64,000 bases of DNA from Takakia lepidozioides. Lineage: Eukaryota; Plantae; Bryophyta. The notes under the pieces are model-generated. The model had not been told where the DNA came from, did no database searches, and worked only from the letters and a program-made list of their open reading frames with translations. Positions 1 through 10,654 of this stretch are shown piece by piece. The stretch covers positions 2,480,001-2,544,000 of the forward strand of contig CM060733.1 of NCBI GenBank assembly GCA_030704615.1. Direction: 5' to 3'. How positions within the stretch are numbered: the stretch's first letter is position 1; every line of letters starts with the position of its first letter. A program made the position numbers and the translations under genes.

Positions 1-1654
1 TGATCTACAGTCATCCCTGTTGTAGGTCCAACCTGGCCTTCCGCTGCCAAGATACACAGAAATGCAGATGCATGCCATCCGGGCACCATCTCCTCGTCCG
101 TCTCACCATGCCACCGAGCTCCAGTGTCATCCTGCTGGCTCGTGCATGGATTGCGACTCAACCCATCTGCATTTCGATTGACCAAACCCGGTCGATGCAC
201 CACCTGAAAGTCATACTCTTGAAGGATGAGTGCCCACCGTGCAAGCTTCCCCGTAAGCTTGTCTGACTCCATCAACCACTTGAGTGGTTGGTGATCCGTG
301 ACAAGGGTGAAGAGATTGCCGTATAGATAGCACCTGAAGTGTGCCACGGCCCACACTGCAGCTAAGCATTCTCCCTCATATGAGCTATACTTAGACTCTG
401 CAGCATTGTTCGAGCGACTAGCATAAGCCACTACGAACTCTCTTCCCTCATCATCCACCTGTGTGAGCACCGCTCCAAGCCCCAGCATGCTCCAATCTGT
501 ATGCAGCTGAAAAGGACGCCCCCTGATAGGTCGTCTCAAGATGGGCGCCGAGGTCAACCTCGCCTTGAGCTCTTGAAAAGCTTGTTCTTGCTCATCTTCC
601 CACTGCCACTCCTGGTCCACCTTGGTCAGCTTGGTTAGAGCCTTTGCAATGGCACTAAATCCCTTAACAAACCGTCTGTAATAGTTTGCTAACCCCATGA
701 AAGCTCGAACTCGGCTCACATCCGTGGGACGTGGAACCTGTGCAATGGACTCTACCTTAGTCTGCTGTACCCCCAATCCTCCAGGATATATCATGTGACC
801 CAGGTACTCAATCTGGTTGTGGAAAAACTTGCACTTGCCCGGATGTAACTTCAATCCGTGCGTCCTCAAGCGCTCAAATACCCCCTGAAGGTGTCTCTCA
901 TGCTCCTCCACCGCAGCACTAAAGATGATGATGTCATCTATGTAGCACCGAGCAAACTCCACCCCTGCTAGAATCCTGTCCATGACTCTTTGAAACTCAG
1001 CGGGAGCGTTTTTAAGCCCAAATGGTAAGAACCGCCATGGTATAGGCAATCCTTCCCGTGCTCATTGATCCCCCAGAATGCCGTCTTTTGCTTATCCGCC
1101 TCCTTGATCGGCAACTGGTGATATCCGGATCGTAAATCCAACGTGCTAAAGACCTTGGAATGCCCAATGGCATCAAAGATCTCCTCTGGTGTTGGCATGG
1201 CATACCTATCGGACTTGGTCTGACGATTTACAGGCCGGTAATCACCGCACATACGTCTCTCCGTCCAATTGCCATAGACATCCTTCTTAGCTGGCATCAC
1301 TGTGGCTGAAGCATACTCTCCACCAGAGAGCTCCACCAAACCTGCCTCCCAGAGATCTTGAGTCCTCATCTGAATCAAAGACCTCTCCATGTCACTGTAT
1401 CTATAGGGTCTCCGAAAGATTGGCGTATCAGTGGCCAACTCAATACGGATCTCTTGACCCTTCAGTGCTCCCAAGTCCTTCAAACTGAAGGCAAAGCAAT
1501 TCCTGTAAGCCCTCAGGAACCGCCGTATACGTCGTCTCTCTCCTCCGGTGACAATGGGTCCAATGTCAGGCTCCCAATTGTCCTCCGTAACTGCAACCTT
1601 AAGTCCAGTGGGCTTAGAGGTAGAGGACCCGTCCCGTAGAGGTTCCCGTGGTTG
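1..1654 (-). pseudogene. Gypsy pol (RT + RNase H), in frame with the upstream ORF after one TAG, with a 1-nt frameshift at about 1038
   Basis: 1654-1483 is 171 nt, so this frame matches ORF 968..1483 (RMCGDYRPVN, FSTLDLRSGYHQ). After the frameshift the frame reads WRFLPFGLKNAPAEFQRVMD...CYIDDIIIFS (YIDD at 933-944)...FQLHTDWSMLGLGAVL...YEGECLAAVWA...LVTDHQPL...NADGLSR and stays open to the window edge. Confidence 0.9.
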
Positions 1655-4600
1655 CTATGCTGCAACCTCTTGAGCAGTACCCCCTTCCTGCTCAGTCAAT
1701 GACAAGGCCTCATCCTGCCCCATCATTTCATCATTGAGAACCTCCTCATCCCGAGAAGAATCCCCAACCTCATCCATCACAGCTGCCTTCGCTGCCAACT
1801 CCCTCTGAACCTCGAGCACCTCCCACATGTGCCATGGATGTCTACACCTCGTGGTCCTCACCGGCTCGCCCCCACTCGCTGCCTGTACCGTCTCGGTAGG
1901 CAGAGAGACCGTCAAGGGAAGTGCACTCCGCACTCTACGTTGCTCAGCCATAGCCAAGCTGACAATCCAGGTCAAGCAATTGAGATCCATTGCTTGCCCC
2001 AACACCTGACGACGTGATGCCTCAGAAAGAGAAGGCACCGCCGTGGTCCCAGTGGAAAACCCCATAGCCCGCTCTCGCTCGTCGGCATTAGGCTCCACTA
2101 ACTGCTGCAACTGAGCATCCCACAGGAGGCCAGGTCCACCATCCCGAAAAGCATGGGATCCTGGGAAGCTGAGCAGTGTAGGTAATGCTGCTCGTGGTTG
2201 ACCCACCCTGACCACTGCCAAAGGCGAACGGTCATCGTGTCTCACACGTTGAGACTGCCTTCCTGTGTCCAAAATGCCATCCACGGTGAGGTGTGCTGGC
2301 CGCTGCACCCCATCAAATGCACGCTTGAGCAGTGCGGGTGGCATCAAGTTAGTCCACCATAGTCGTGGACGATGAGCCCGTGACCCCACTGCAGCTGCAT
2401 CCAGCAACACTGCTGACCCAAGCCACGACCGGACTTGATGCACACTGGCCATCACCCTGGCCCGAGAATCACCCATCAGTGGTACATTCTCCAAGATGTA
2501 TGCTGGAGATACAGCTTGATGAAGCTGCAAGCAACGCAAAATCCGCACCATCTCCCAAAACAGACCCGTCCTCGAGTCTCGTAATCCATTGCCATGCCCG
2601 GCTGATGAATGCCCTTGGCAGGGCCAACCTGCCACTATCAGATCAATAGAGCCAACCTGCTCCAAATCTTGCGCCCCCAACAAGGAAATGTCTGCTGGCA
2701 AGGCTTGTTGGTATCCACGAACTGCAGACACAGGCAACAAGTCAGGGTACTGCTGTACCAACTGAGCCACATGGCGCAGTGAGACGCGTCGTGCAGTCTC
2801 ATCCCTCTCCACATACAGGTAACGCCTTACCCGCACACCTGCCTGTAGCACAGCAGCCAATCCGGTGCTGATCCCGCCAAACAAGTCCAGAAGGCAAATG
2901 CCTTCATCCGGCCGCTGCCATACAAGAGGTGTGGTGTCCAATGGCGACAACTGAGGTGGCCCTGGTGCAATCACCGAACTCTCCTCCTCTCCTGACGGTA
3001 CAAAAGCTTCTTCCCAAGCTTGTTGCACCCGTCCATCAGCAGCTTGCTGCAAATCTTTGCTCGTACCCCACAACGGGGTGTGAGCAACCATGGCAGGCAA
3101 CTCCGCCGTACCATGCATGTCATCCTGCTCTGCTGGAGGTGGCACATCCTCTGCATGGGCATTGCCTTCCAGCAACTCTCCAGGCCAACTAACGGCAGCT
3201 GTGAAGGCGGCTAGTGTTGGCATCTGGCCCCGCTGGGCAGCTGCAATACCCCCAATGAATGTCACAGGGAGCTGTGCACGGCGACCATCCCCTGACTGCC
3301 ATCCAGGCCTGTAGGATGCTGACTCCTCCCAGAAATCCAGGGTGAAGCCCATGGGGTATAACACTGCCCCACCAACGAGGACATCGTAAGAGACCGCGTC
3401 TGTCACAATGGCCTTGGCTCGCATCACTGAGCCATCTACAGGATGATCCGGCTGCAGTCTAATAGCCAACTGATGTCGTGTCATGCCGCGAGCCTGCTCT
3501 GATCCTCCCAGAGATGTCTGTATCTGGAAAGGACAAGGCTCCATATCCGCCTCCATGAGGCCCAAACCTGCAATAGCAGCTCTGCCCAACATCAGTGGCT
3601 GAGCTCCTGAGTCCAACAAGACCCGCAGTGGCCGGTACTTCTTGCCTGCCGGTCCACTCAAAGTAAAAATGCCTCCCTGGTTGTCTAACAAGACAACTCC
3701 AGGTGTCACCATGGCGCGCTCAATGGCTGGCCTAGCTGGCAGCTCCGTCAACCTAGCAGCTGCAGCTTGCCAGGGCGCTGCCGTGGCAGTCTTGACCCTC
3801 AAATCCGAGGATCCCTCTGCCACTACACCTTCCACTAACTCCGCAGAAGATGAAGTGACCTCCCCACTCTCACAGAGTGTTGCTGCTAGTCTGAACACTG
3901 CAGCTGGTCTCACCCCCGGCGTCGCAATCATTGTTGCCGAGAACAGTGGGGCCTGACACACAGAGGTGGCTGCCCCCAATAACACACCGGCCGCACTAGC
4001 CTTGGCAGCAGGAGTCAATGCTGCACGTGTAGCTCTCCCCAATGGCATAGTAACCTCCGCCTCGGTAACAGTCGGGCGAGAACTAGGTGCCATGGATGGC
4101 GTTGACACAGTCTCCGCCAATGTGAATGACTGAGGAAGCCTTGCCTGACGGCTTGCCTCCCCACGCTGTGGATCCAATTCCACCTCTGCACCTCGTGGCT
4201 CAGGAACTCGTGCTGCTCCTCGAGTCACGGCTGCAGCAGACTCCACCTGCTCTAGTGGTAGTGCTGCTCCGCACATAAATCCCATGCCTCCCATATCTCC
4301 TCCCTCAGGAGCAGGAGGTGGACCATCCCGCCTGGGAGCCGGTACCGCCTGAGCTATAGCCATGGCAGCGAGCCTCTGCTCTAGCTGCTGAAGCCGGTTG
4401 GCCATGCCTTGATCAACGCCCTGACCTCCGCGTCCTTGGCCATGTTGAGCTTGCCCTTGGCCTGCACCTCGTGCCCGACCACCTCGTCCTCTCTGGGCTG
4501 GTCCACCTCGCCCCCGGCCACCATTGTTCCCTTGGAACTGGCCTGGGCGCAACTCAGGATGCAAGTCATAACACTGGGCATCTCCATGCCCATACTTGCC

Positions 4601-5860
4601 ACAATGCCCACACTGCAACTGTGCAGGCTGTGCTTGTGCCGGCCTTCTGCCACTCTCTGGGCAATCTCTCTTGACATGGGGTCCTCCACATGTCCAACAT
4701 ATCACCCCTGGTTGCTGTTGGCCTGCAAAAGATGCCACGGGCCTCTGCACCTGAGGCCCCCTGTAAGCTCCATGGAACTTGGGCTGGGCAACCTTGCCCC
4801 CCTGACCACGCTGTTGGGCAGTCCCTTGTGCTTGTGGGCTGACAGCTGTGCCCCGTACAGGCATGTCCTTGCCAAATCCAATTGTAACAACTCGTTCCTC
4901 CACCATGTTGAGCTCAATCCGCTCAGCCAGCAGAAACACATCTGCTAATGTGGGTTGGGCTGCTTGTAACAGGGTTGCATCTCGCACCCTTCTCTTGAGC
5001 TCCTTGTCCAGAATTCCATACCAAAACTGGATTGCCTGAGCTTCAGTAACCCCTTGGGTCACACTTATCAAGCGCCTCATACGAGTGTACGCCTCTCGCA
5101 GGCTCTCACTGGGTTTGCGCTGGAAGTCTTGCAAACTTCGCAGCTTCTCTGTCCGTACACCTTGGTAGTTCCTCCGCAACTCCTGGAAGAACTCCACCAC
5201 CGGGTTGAATCTAGGCACATGTGTTGTAGTTGTGGCAGGAGGAGTAGTAGCACCTTCTGAACTGGTACCACCTGCAGAAGTACCAGCACTACCTGCTCCA
5301 CTACTAGTGCTGGCAGTGGGAGCTATTGGTACTGATGCAGCTACTGGTCGCGTCGTGCCTCGAGTAATGGAGATGTAGTCAGGTGACCAATACATCCTCC
5401 ACTCCTCAATCTCTGCTTCATGTCCTCGCCTGAACTCGTGGTAATCGTCCATAGGCGGGCCTTCCAAATGCTGGAACAGTCCCTTCCACGCCATGAATGG
5501 GGTGAATAGATGTGGATTGCGCATCTGCTGCAAATCACACCAGCTGTCGAACTCCTGGATAAAGTCATCCAACTCGATTGTGCCCACCGCTCCAGAGTAC
5601 CTACGAGGCCCCTTGGTAGCTCCATACATCTCCTCCATGTCGTCCCACAACAATGGCGAATGAAAGTGCACACCTGTTGATGAAGCCTCCGAGTCTGTGT
5701 CTGACTCTACAGTAATTGAGGGTGGCGGTGAAGGTGGTCTGAACCGAATACCTCGTCTTGTGAACCCACTCTCACTGTTACTGCCTGTAGCCGTACTCCC
5801 CTCAAAACCCTTGGGTAACTCCGTAATGACACTCACAATGTGCACCTCCTCCAGTGACAC
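1655..5860 (-). CDS. Gag - zinc knuckles - aspartic protease - C5 DNA methyltransferase (DNMT3-like) polyprotein
   Basis: Uninterrupted 1401-codon frame; first ATG at about 5638. Gag core FQRKPSESLREAYTRM; knuckles CWTCGGPHVKRDC and CGHCGKYGHGDAQC; protease LLDSGAQ at about 3602-3620. DNMT at about 1950-2900: LDLFGGISTG (I), DLIVAGWPCQGHS (IV, catalytic PC), YILENVP (VI), RAHRPRLWW (VIII), ERERAMGF (IX), RRQVLGQAM (X). Confidence 0.93.
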   Translation of the reverse strand: MSLEEVHIVSVITELPKGFEGSTATGSNSESGFTRRGIRFRPPSPPPSITVESDTDSEASSTGVHFHSPLLWDDMEEMYGATKGPRRYSGAVGTIELDDFIQEFDSWCDLQQMRNPHLFTPFMAWKGLFQHLEGPPMDDYHEFRRGHEAEIEEWRMYWSPDYISITRGTTRPVAASVPIAPTASTSSGAGSAGTSAGGTSSEGATTPPATTTTHVPRFNPVVEFFQELRRNYQGVRTEKLRSLQDFQRKPSESLREAYTRMRRLISVTQGVTEAQAIQFWYGILDKELKRRVRDATLLQAAQPTLADVFLLAERIELNMVEERVVTIGFGKDMPVRGTAVSPQAQGTAQQRGQGGKVAQPKFHGAYRGPQVQRPVASFAGQQQPGVICWTCGGPHVKRDCPESGRRPAQAQPAQLQCGHCGKYGHGDAQCYDLHPELRPGQFQGNNGGRGRGGPAQRGRGGRARGAGQGQAQHGQGRGGQGVDQGMANRLQQLEQRLAAMAIAQAVPAPRRDGPPPAPEGGDMGGMGFMCGAALPLEQVESAAAVTRGAARVPEPRGAEVELDPQRGEASRQARLPQSFTLAETVSTPSMAPSSRPTVTEAEVTMPLGRATRAALTPAAKASAAGVLLGAATSVCQAPLFSATMIATPGVRPAAVFRLAATLCESGEVTSSSAELVEGVVAEGSSDLRVKTATAAPWQAAAARLTELPARPAIERAMVTPGVVLLDNQGGIFTLSGPAGKKYRPLRVLLDSGAQPLMLGRAAIAGLGLMEADMEPCPFQIQTSLGGSEQARGMTRHQLAIRLQPDHPVDGSVMRAKAIVTDAVSYDVLVGGAVLYPMGFTLDFWEESASYRPGWQSGDGRRAQLPVTFIGGIAAAQRGQMPTLAAFTAAVSWPGELLEGNAHAEDVPPPAEQDDMHGTAELPAMVAHTPLWGTSKDLQQAADGRVQQAWEEAFVPSGEEESSVIAPGPPQLSPLDTTPLVWQRPDEGICLLDLFGGISTGLAAVLQAGVRVRRYLYVERDETARRVSLRHVAQLVQQYPDLLPVSAVRGYQQALPADISLLGAQDLEQVGSIDLIVAGWPCQGHSSAGHGNGLRDSRTGLFWEMVRILRCLQLHQAVSPAYILENVPLMGDSRARVMASVHQVRSWLGSAVLLDAAAVGSRAHRPRLWWTNLMPPALLKRAFDGVQRPAHLTVDGILDTGRQSQRVRHDDRSPLAVVRVGQPRAALPTLLSFPGSHAFRDGGPGLLWDAQLQQLVEPNADERERAMGFSTGTTAVPSLSEASRRQVLGQAMDLNCLTWIVSLAMAEQRRVRSALPLTVSLPTETVQAASGGEPVRTTRCRHPWHMWEVLEVQRELAAKAAVMDEVGDSSRDEEVLNDEMMGQDEALSLTEQEGGTAQEVAA

Positions 5861-6371
5861 TATAAGGCTCTAGTACTAATCTAATAGTGACACGGGTGGG
5901 CACCTGTTGCAGTCTAAGGGTCATATCCCAGTGGCTCAGGGCACCTGCACCTGCATCCACCGCAAGAACTCCTATGGTTGGCTGGTCATCAACCCAGCCT
6001 CACCATAGAAGAAACACTGGTGGTCTTGCTGGTCATCACTCCAGCCTCACCACCGACAGCATACTCTAGGATTGACCGGTGATCAAATCCGGCCTAATCC
6101 CTATGAAAGCAAGCGCCCACACAAAACCAACATGGCGCACAGTCAAGCATGCAGGTGTTGGGGGGATCCAAACACAAGAAATCAAAACATCAACACCCCC
6201 ACACCAAAATCCAGCTGCAATGCTGATCCTGCAGAATATCCCAGCCCAAAACCCCGGACTGACTGGCCTCCACCAAGAGAGGCTTTGGCAACTACAAGTA
6301 TAAGGTAATGAAAATAGTACAGAGATGGAGGGGAAGAATAGAAGCCCGCCCAAGCAAGATCTAACCCTGAT

Positions 6372-7208
6372 CTATGCTATCAACTTCCAGACTTCTCTCA
6401 AAGTACCTCGCTCTGCTTGATGGTAAGGTGTAGGAGGTATATCTATGTCCAGAAACCTGCCACTAACCTTGTCCCAAGCTACAGTAGCTCGCTCTAACCA
6501 ACCCTCCTCCTCTTTCTGCCAGGTAGAGACAAAGCAACACTCTGCTATCTCCCGCTCACTGAACACTAAAGAAAACAAAGGTAGGGTCTGATAGTCTCTC
6601 AACTCGAAAGCTTTGAGACGGTTGCGGGTGTCTTCATTGCGAATGACTGCATCGCCTTCAAACAGAACAAACTTGTCCTCGCTAATGAACCCCCGCTCGT
6701 GGTTGCCTTGTGCAGAGCGTGTCCGACTGCAACACTGTCTAATTGCACAAACTTGTGCAGCTCCTGCTCCTCTGCTCCAGTACACCACGGCCTTGTGGCT
6801 GAACACCTTGGTCCCCGGTGCTGTCTTTGGCTGTGTTCCAAGCCTAGCTTTCACCCACTTTGGTATTTCACCTACAGCTGCAGAACTGCTGGCTCCAACA
6901 GAGTTCTGACTGTCCAAGGCGATATTGAGGCCCTCAATGCCAACTACAGCAGTCTGTTGTCTACTGCTAATGCCTGACTCCCAGTATGCAATCAACTCGT
7001 CCAACTGTTCTCCACTCAAATCAGTCTGAGTTCCTTGGGAAACATAAATCCTGTCCCCTTGTGTGCACAGGCTAAGAGAAGAGACCTGCCCTTCAATTAC
7101 GTCCTCATTTCCCCCAGCCATGCAAGGAGTACATCCACAGGTTTGTCTCTCATATAGGCCAGCACAGGTTCTAGAAACAGGATTGTGGATATTTCGTGGC
7201 ACACTCAC
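6372..7208 (-). CDS. Accessory ORF upstream of gag in the DNMT-Gypsy element; function unknown
   Basis: 278-codon open frame (GTG start; first ATG gives MAGGNEDV...) on the same strand as gag and about 500 bp upstream of it. No recognisable domain. Confidence 0.5.
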   Translation of the reverse strand: MSVPRNIHNPVSRTCAGLYERQTCGCTPCMAGGNEDVIEGQVSSLSLCTQGDRIYVSQGTQTDLSGEQLDELIAYWESGISSRQQTAVVGIEGLNIALDSQNSVGASSSAAVGEIPKWVKARLGTQPKTAPGTKVFSHKAVVYWSRGAGAAQVCAIRQCCSRTRSAQGNHERGFISEDKFVLFEGDAVIRNEDTRNRLKAFELRDYQTLPLFSLVFSEREIAECCFVSTWQKEEEGWLERATVAWDKVSGRFLDIDIPPTPYHQAERGTLREVWKLIA

Positions 7209-7383
7209 ACTCTAAAAATTCCATAGATTTTTAGCAGAGTCCCAAAAACAGAAACCAGGTCTAGATAGGTAGATTTCCCCTTTCTGCAGCTATCCCCTCA
7301 AAAACTGTGTCAAACAGAGTTCATTTGCCAAAGATATGACCAATTAGGCTCTAAATCCTTTAACTTAGATCAAAAGGGTTTTT

Positions 7384-7415
<32 letters not shown>

Positions 7416-7441
7416 TTCAAATTTAAAAATTCAAAGGAAGG

Positions 7442-7537
7442 TGAGAAGCTCTTTGGAAACTTCCCCTATCCTTACATGCTTTTCCACCTGGGTCATGCTT
7501 TCTCCCTGCATGGGGTGGAATTTGCATATGCTTATCA
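7442..7537. repeat. Candidate very short (96 bp) LTR or terminal segment of the DNMT-Gypsy
   Basis: Bounded by TG...CA with 8-bp imperfect inverted termini (TGAGAAGC ... GCTTATCA) and has an internal hairpin (ttccacc/ggtggaa). Host-gene-derived sequence starts immediately after 7537. The partner LTR is not in the window. Confidence 0.4.
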
Positions 7538-7610
7538 GCGTTGGAGAGGGCGGCAAGAGCGGACGTACTGATTGCGGGCGTACAGAGCTGAAGGATGGGC
7601 TTTAGGGGCT

Positions 7611-7685
7611 ATGGCGGCTGTCTCAATGCAGGTTGTAGCGGAAGTCTCCTGCTCGACTCTGTGGCAGTCGGGCTTTCTGGCGGGT
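7611..7685 (+). pseudogene. 5' fragment of an unknown gene with a plastid transit-peptide-like start
   Basis: [25 protein letters not shown], preceded by UTR-like sequence and fused abruptly to the antisense RPL8 fragment. Confidence 0.3.
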
Positions 7686-7884
7686 TCCAATGTGCAGATG
7701 GTTACCACCTCCATGGGGATGCTCAACAGGGTTCATGGCCACACCCCGCACCTTAGTCCAGCTATTGCGCTTCACCTTGTACTTGTGATATGCACACCTT
7801 CAGCATAGTCTTCTCTGTTCGGCCCCTTCCAGCAACCTGCCCTACCATCGCTCGGCATCCGCTTGGTATAACCTTCTTTGCTCC
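7686..7884 (-). pseudogene. RPL8: 60S ribosomal protein L8 (uL2) C-terminal fragment with an indel
   Basis: [29 protein letters not shown] / [35 protein letters not shown] is the uL2 signature. Confidence 0.9.
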
Positions 7885-7953
7885 CTTAGTGAGAAGGATG
7901 TATCTTTTGTGCTCGTTGCATTTCGTGTCCAATTACTCCATCTACGTTGAGGA

Positions 7954-8256
7954 TCAAAGAGAAAGCAACGACACCTGCTCGTCAAGCGAGCACTCAACAC
8001 AGCACGAAGTGCGGCAGCGAGCTGGAATGAGCACAAGGCCCAGGCTACGTTGTTCCATAGGCGGGGGCTCCTTCATCACTGATGCAGAGGGGCCAGGAAT
8101 TTGCCTGAACTCCAGAGTGTCATACAAAATTATGTTCCCTTGTTTGTCCAGACAATGAAATTTCTCCACAAACACTCGTCCGTCCTCTACTCCCACACGC
8201 AGCCTGCGATACAGAAGCTTCCGCGCCCGCTTCACAATGGGCTTCACCGTCTCCAC
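7954..8256 (-). pseudogene. NAA38: NatC auxiliary subunit NAA38/MAK31 (Sm-like) captured copy; no ATG visible
   Basis: RKLLYRRLRVGVEDGRVFVEKFHCLDKQGNIILYDTLEFR...EQRSLGLVLIPARCRTSCCVECSLDEQVSLLSL matches the plant NAA38/LSMD1 Sm fold. The usual Gly in the Sm1 motif is replaced by Glu. Confidence 0.75.
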
Positions 8257-8343
8257 TCCCTGCTCCTCCTGCTTCTCTTCTCTACCTTCTTCTGCTGCAG
8301 CCGTCCACTTTGTTGGAGTAGGATCCCCTCCTCGGGTCGAAGG

Positions 8344-8806
<463 letters not shown>

Positions 8807-8844
8807 TCATGCAGGAAGCAACAGCCTGCCCCACAGCCCGCCTC

Positions 8845-9050
8845 ATGGCTACCGCTCTCCGGTGCAACGTCCAGCAATGCTTCCAGCCACCTCAGACTGC
8901 CATCAACTCACCGAAGTTGCGCATGAGGAAAATCGCTCCTGCAAAAAGCGCCTCTGCTCGCAACAACCTCAAGTGTGCAGCCAGCTTCTCCTCATCTCCA
9001 CTGCCCACTGCTTCTTCAATTTCGGAAAGGCAGTCGCAGCCATGCTTGCT
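8845..9050 (+). pseudogene. 5' fragment of an unknown plastid-targeted gene (transit-peptide-like)
   Basis: MATALRCNVQQCFQPPQTAINSPKLRMRKIAPAKSASARNNLKCAASFSSSP is Ser/Ala/basic-rich and lacks acidic residues. Confidence 0.35.
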
Positions 9051-9501
9051 GGATTGCACCGACTCCCTCTTTGTCTATCCTCTTTGTTTATTGCTGCAAC
9101 TTGACCCCATTCTCAGATATAGCCACATGTTGACAAAAATTGCAGCAACATCTCAAGCCTCCCGTTCTGCTCCCCGTGACCAAGCTATATTATAATAGTG
9201 CTTAAAAAACAAAAACATCATATCTAGCTTAGCACTGGAAAACTAGATAGAGCTCATCTTTCTCGAGTGATAGAAAACCAACGAACACACTGGTTACACA
9301 AAACATGAAAACCAAACCATCACTCTTTAAAACAGTAGTCGAGCCAGGGGCACCCCAAGCTATGGGGACTCCACCCCACAACAACCTACACTCCCATCAT
9401 GAGTACACTCAGACCTAAACGCATGCAGGAGTTCGGTCGCGCAGGCTCAACTCGAGAAAGATGAGCCGCGCGACTGCCGCTCTCGTGAAGATAAGACGGA
9501 C

Positions 9502-9574
9502 CAGGTGTCAAACTAAACTTGACACCTGATTTAACACTTGACCTAAATCCAAGTGTTAAATACAAATAACTAGT
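9502..9574 (+). mobile_element. Helitron-like 3' terminus (two hairpins, then CTAG|T)
   Basis: Stems are caggtgtcaa/ttgacacctg (9502-9528) and atttaacacttg/caagtgttaaat (9529-9561). CTAG at 9570-9573 follows 8 nt later and is followed by T. Confidence 0.5.
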
Positions 9575-10654
9575 TTTATTCTAGCTGTTTTCACACTGTG
9601 CTTATTTAACTTGACAAGCTGCTCAAATTATATTTTAAAAAAAACTGATTTTTGAGAATCATCGTCATTTCCATGTTACTATCGCCACGTCATCTTCGTC
9701 ATTTTTAAGCTGCCCAAGGAAAAAAAACTGAATTTTGAAAATCTTTTCTGCAAATCTGCTGTAATATCGTTTTTTTTTTTTTTCTTCACACGTTCACTGT
9801 AAATGTTACAACACTTATAGTATTACTTATGACAAAACCACGAAACAGAAATCGATTGGTATGCCCAATTTCGAAAACCATCACAAGTTCAATTCTTTGG
9901 TTTGTGGTAAGCACGTTTCAAATTTATTAATATAGCACATAGGATATATATGTAGTAATAATTTAAAAAAAATCAAGATTCTTAATTTAGATTTATCTCT
10001 TATTTATATTTTGGATAATTATAAACAAAAATTCAAAAGTAAATACAACTACTAAGCATCCAACTACGATTGTAAAAAATGAAATGAAAACACCATTGAA
10101 TTTCATAAAACCTATGACGAAATACTAGACAAAAATTTGTTTGTTAAACGCAAACGATTTCGATGGACAAATGAATTAAACATTAAACTTCTTGAAATTT
10201 CTCAAAACAATATAAATGTAACTGCTCAAAACATAAATAAACTATTTGTGGATTCATATCCAAACTTCGATTGAATTCTAAACAAGTATACCATCATTTG
10301 TAAATTTCAATAAAACATGAAGACACGATAATAACATTTCTTCCATAAAACTAGCCAAATCATCAACAAATTGAATGATATAAATGCACACAACATTAAT
10401 AATGTACCAACACATGACTTCCATGGACACAATAATAAACCAAAAAATCAAAAAGCATTTTGATTTGAAAATATAATTTGATGAAATTTTAATTAATGTA
10501 ATCAAATATGTTCTCATCAAACAATTAAAAAAATAACTTATACATTTATAGCATCTCAAGATCAGTTGATATTAATTTGAAAATAAATTTATAGACATAT
10601 AAGCGTATGACGGAATCAACATAAAATAAAGTCAAAGTAAAATATTAATGAAAT

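Larger units (their letters stand above)
1..7537 (-). mobile_element. Ty3/Gypsy LTR-type retrotransposon carrying a C5 cytosine DNA methyltransferase (ORF0 - Gag-PR-DNMT - stop - RT-RNaseH); runs off the left edge of the window
   Basis: On the minus strand the domain order is Gag, two zinc knuckles, aspartic protease LLDSGA, DNMT motifs I-X, RT (YIDD) and RNase H. Integrase would lie beyond position 1. The right boundary is tentative (candidate short LTR at 7442-7537). Confidence 0.9.

Noticed and set aside
1950-2900. Bacterial restriction-modification methylase or contamination, or a host DRM/DNMT3 gene
   Set aside because: It is fused in frame to Gag-protease, intronless, present twice within retroelements, and flanked by plant nuclear sequence.
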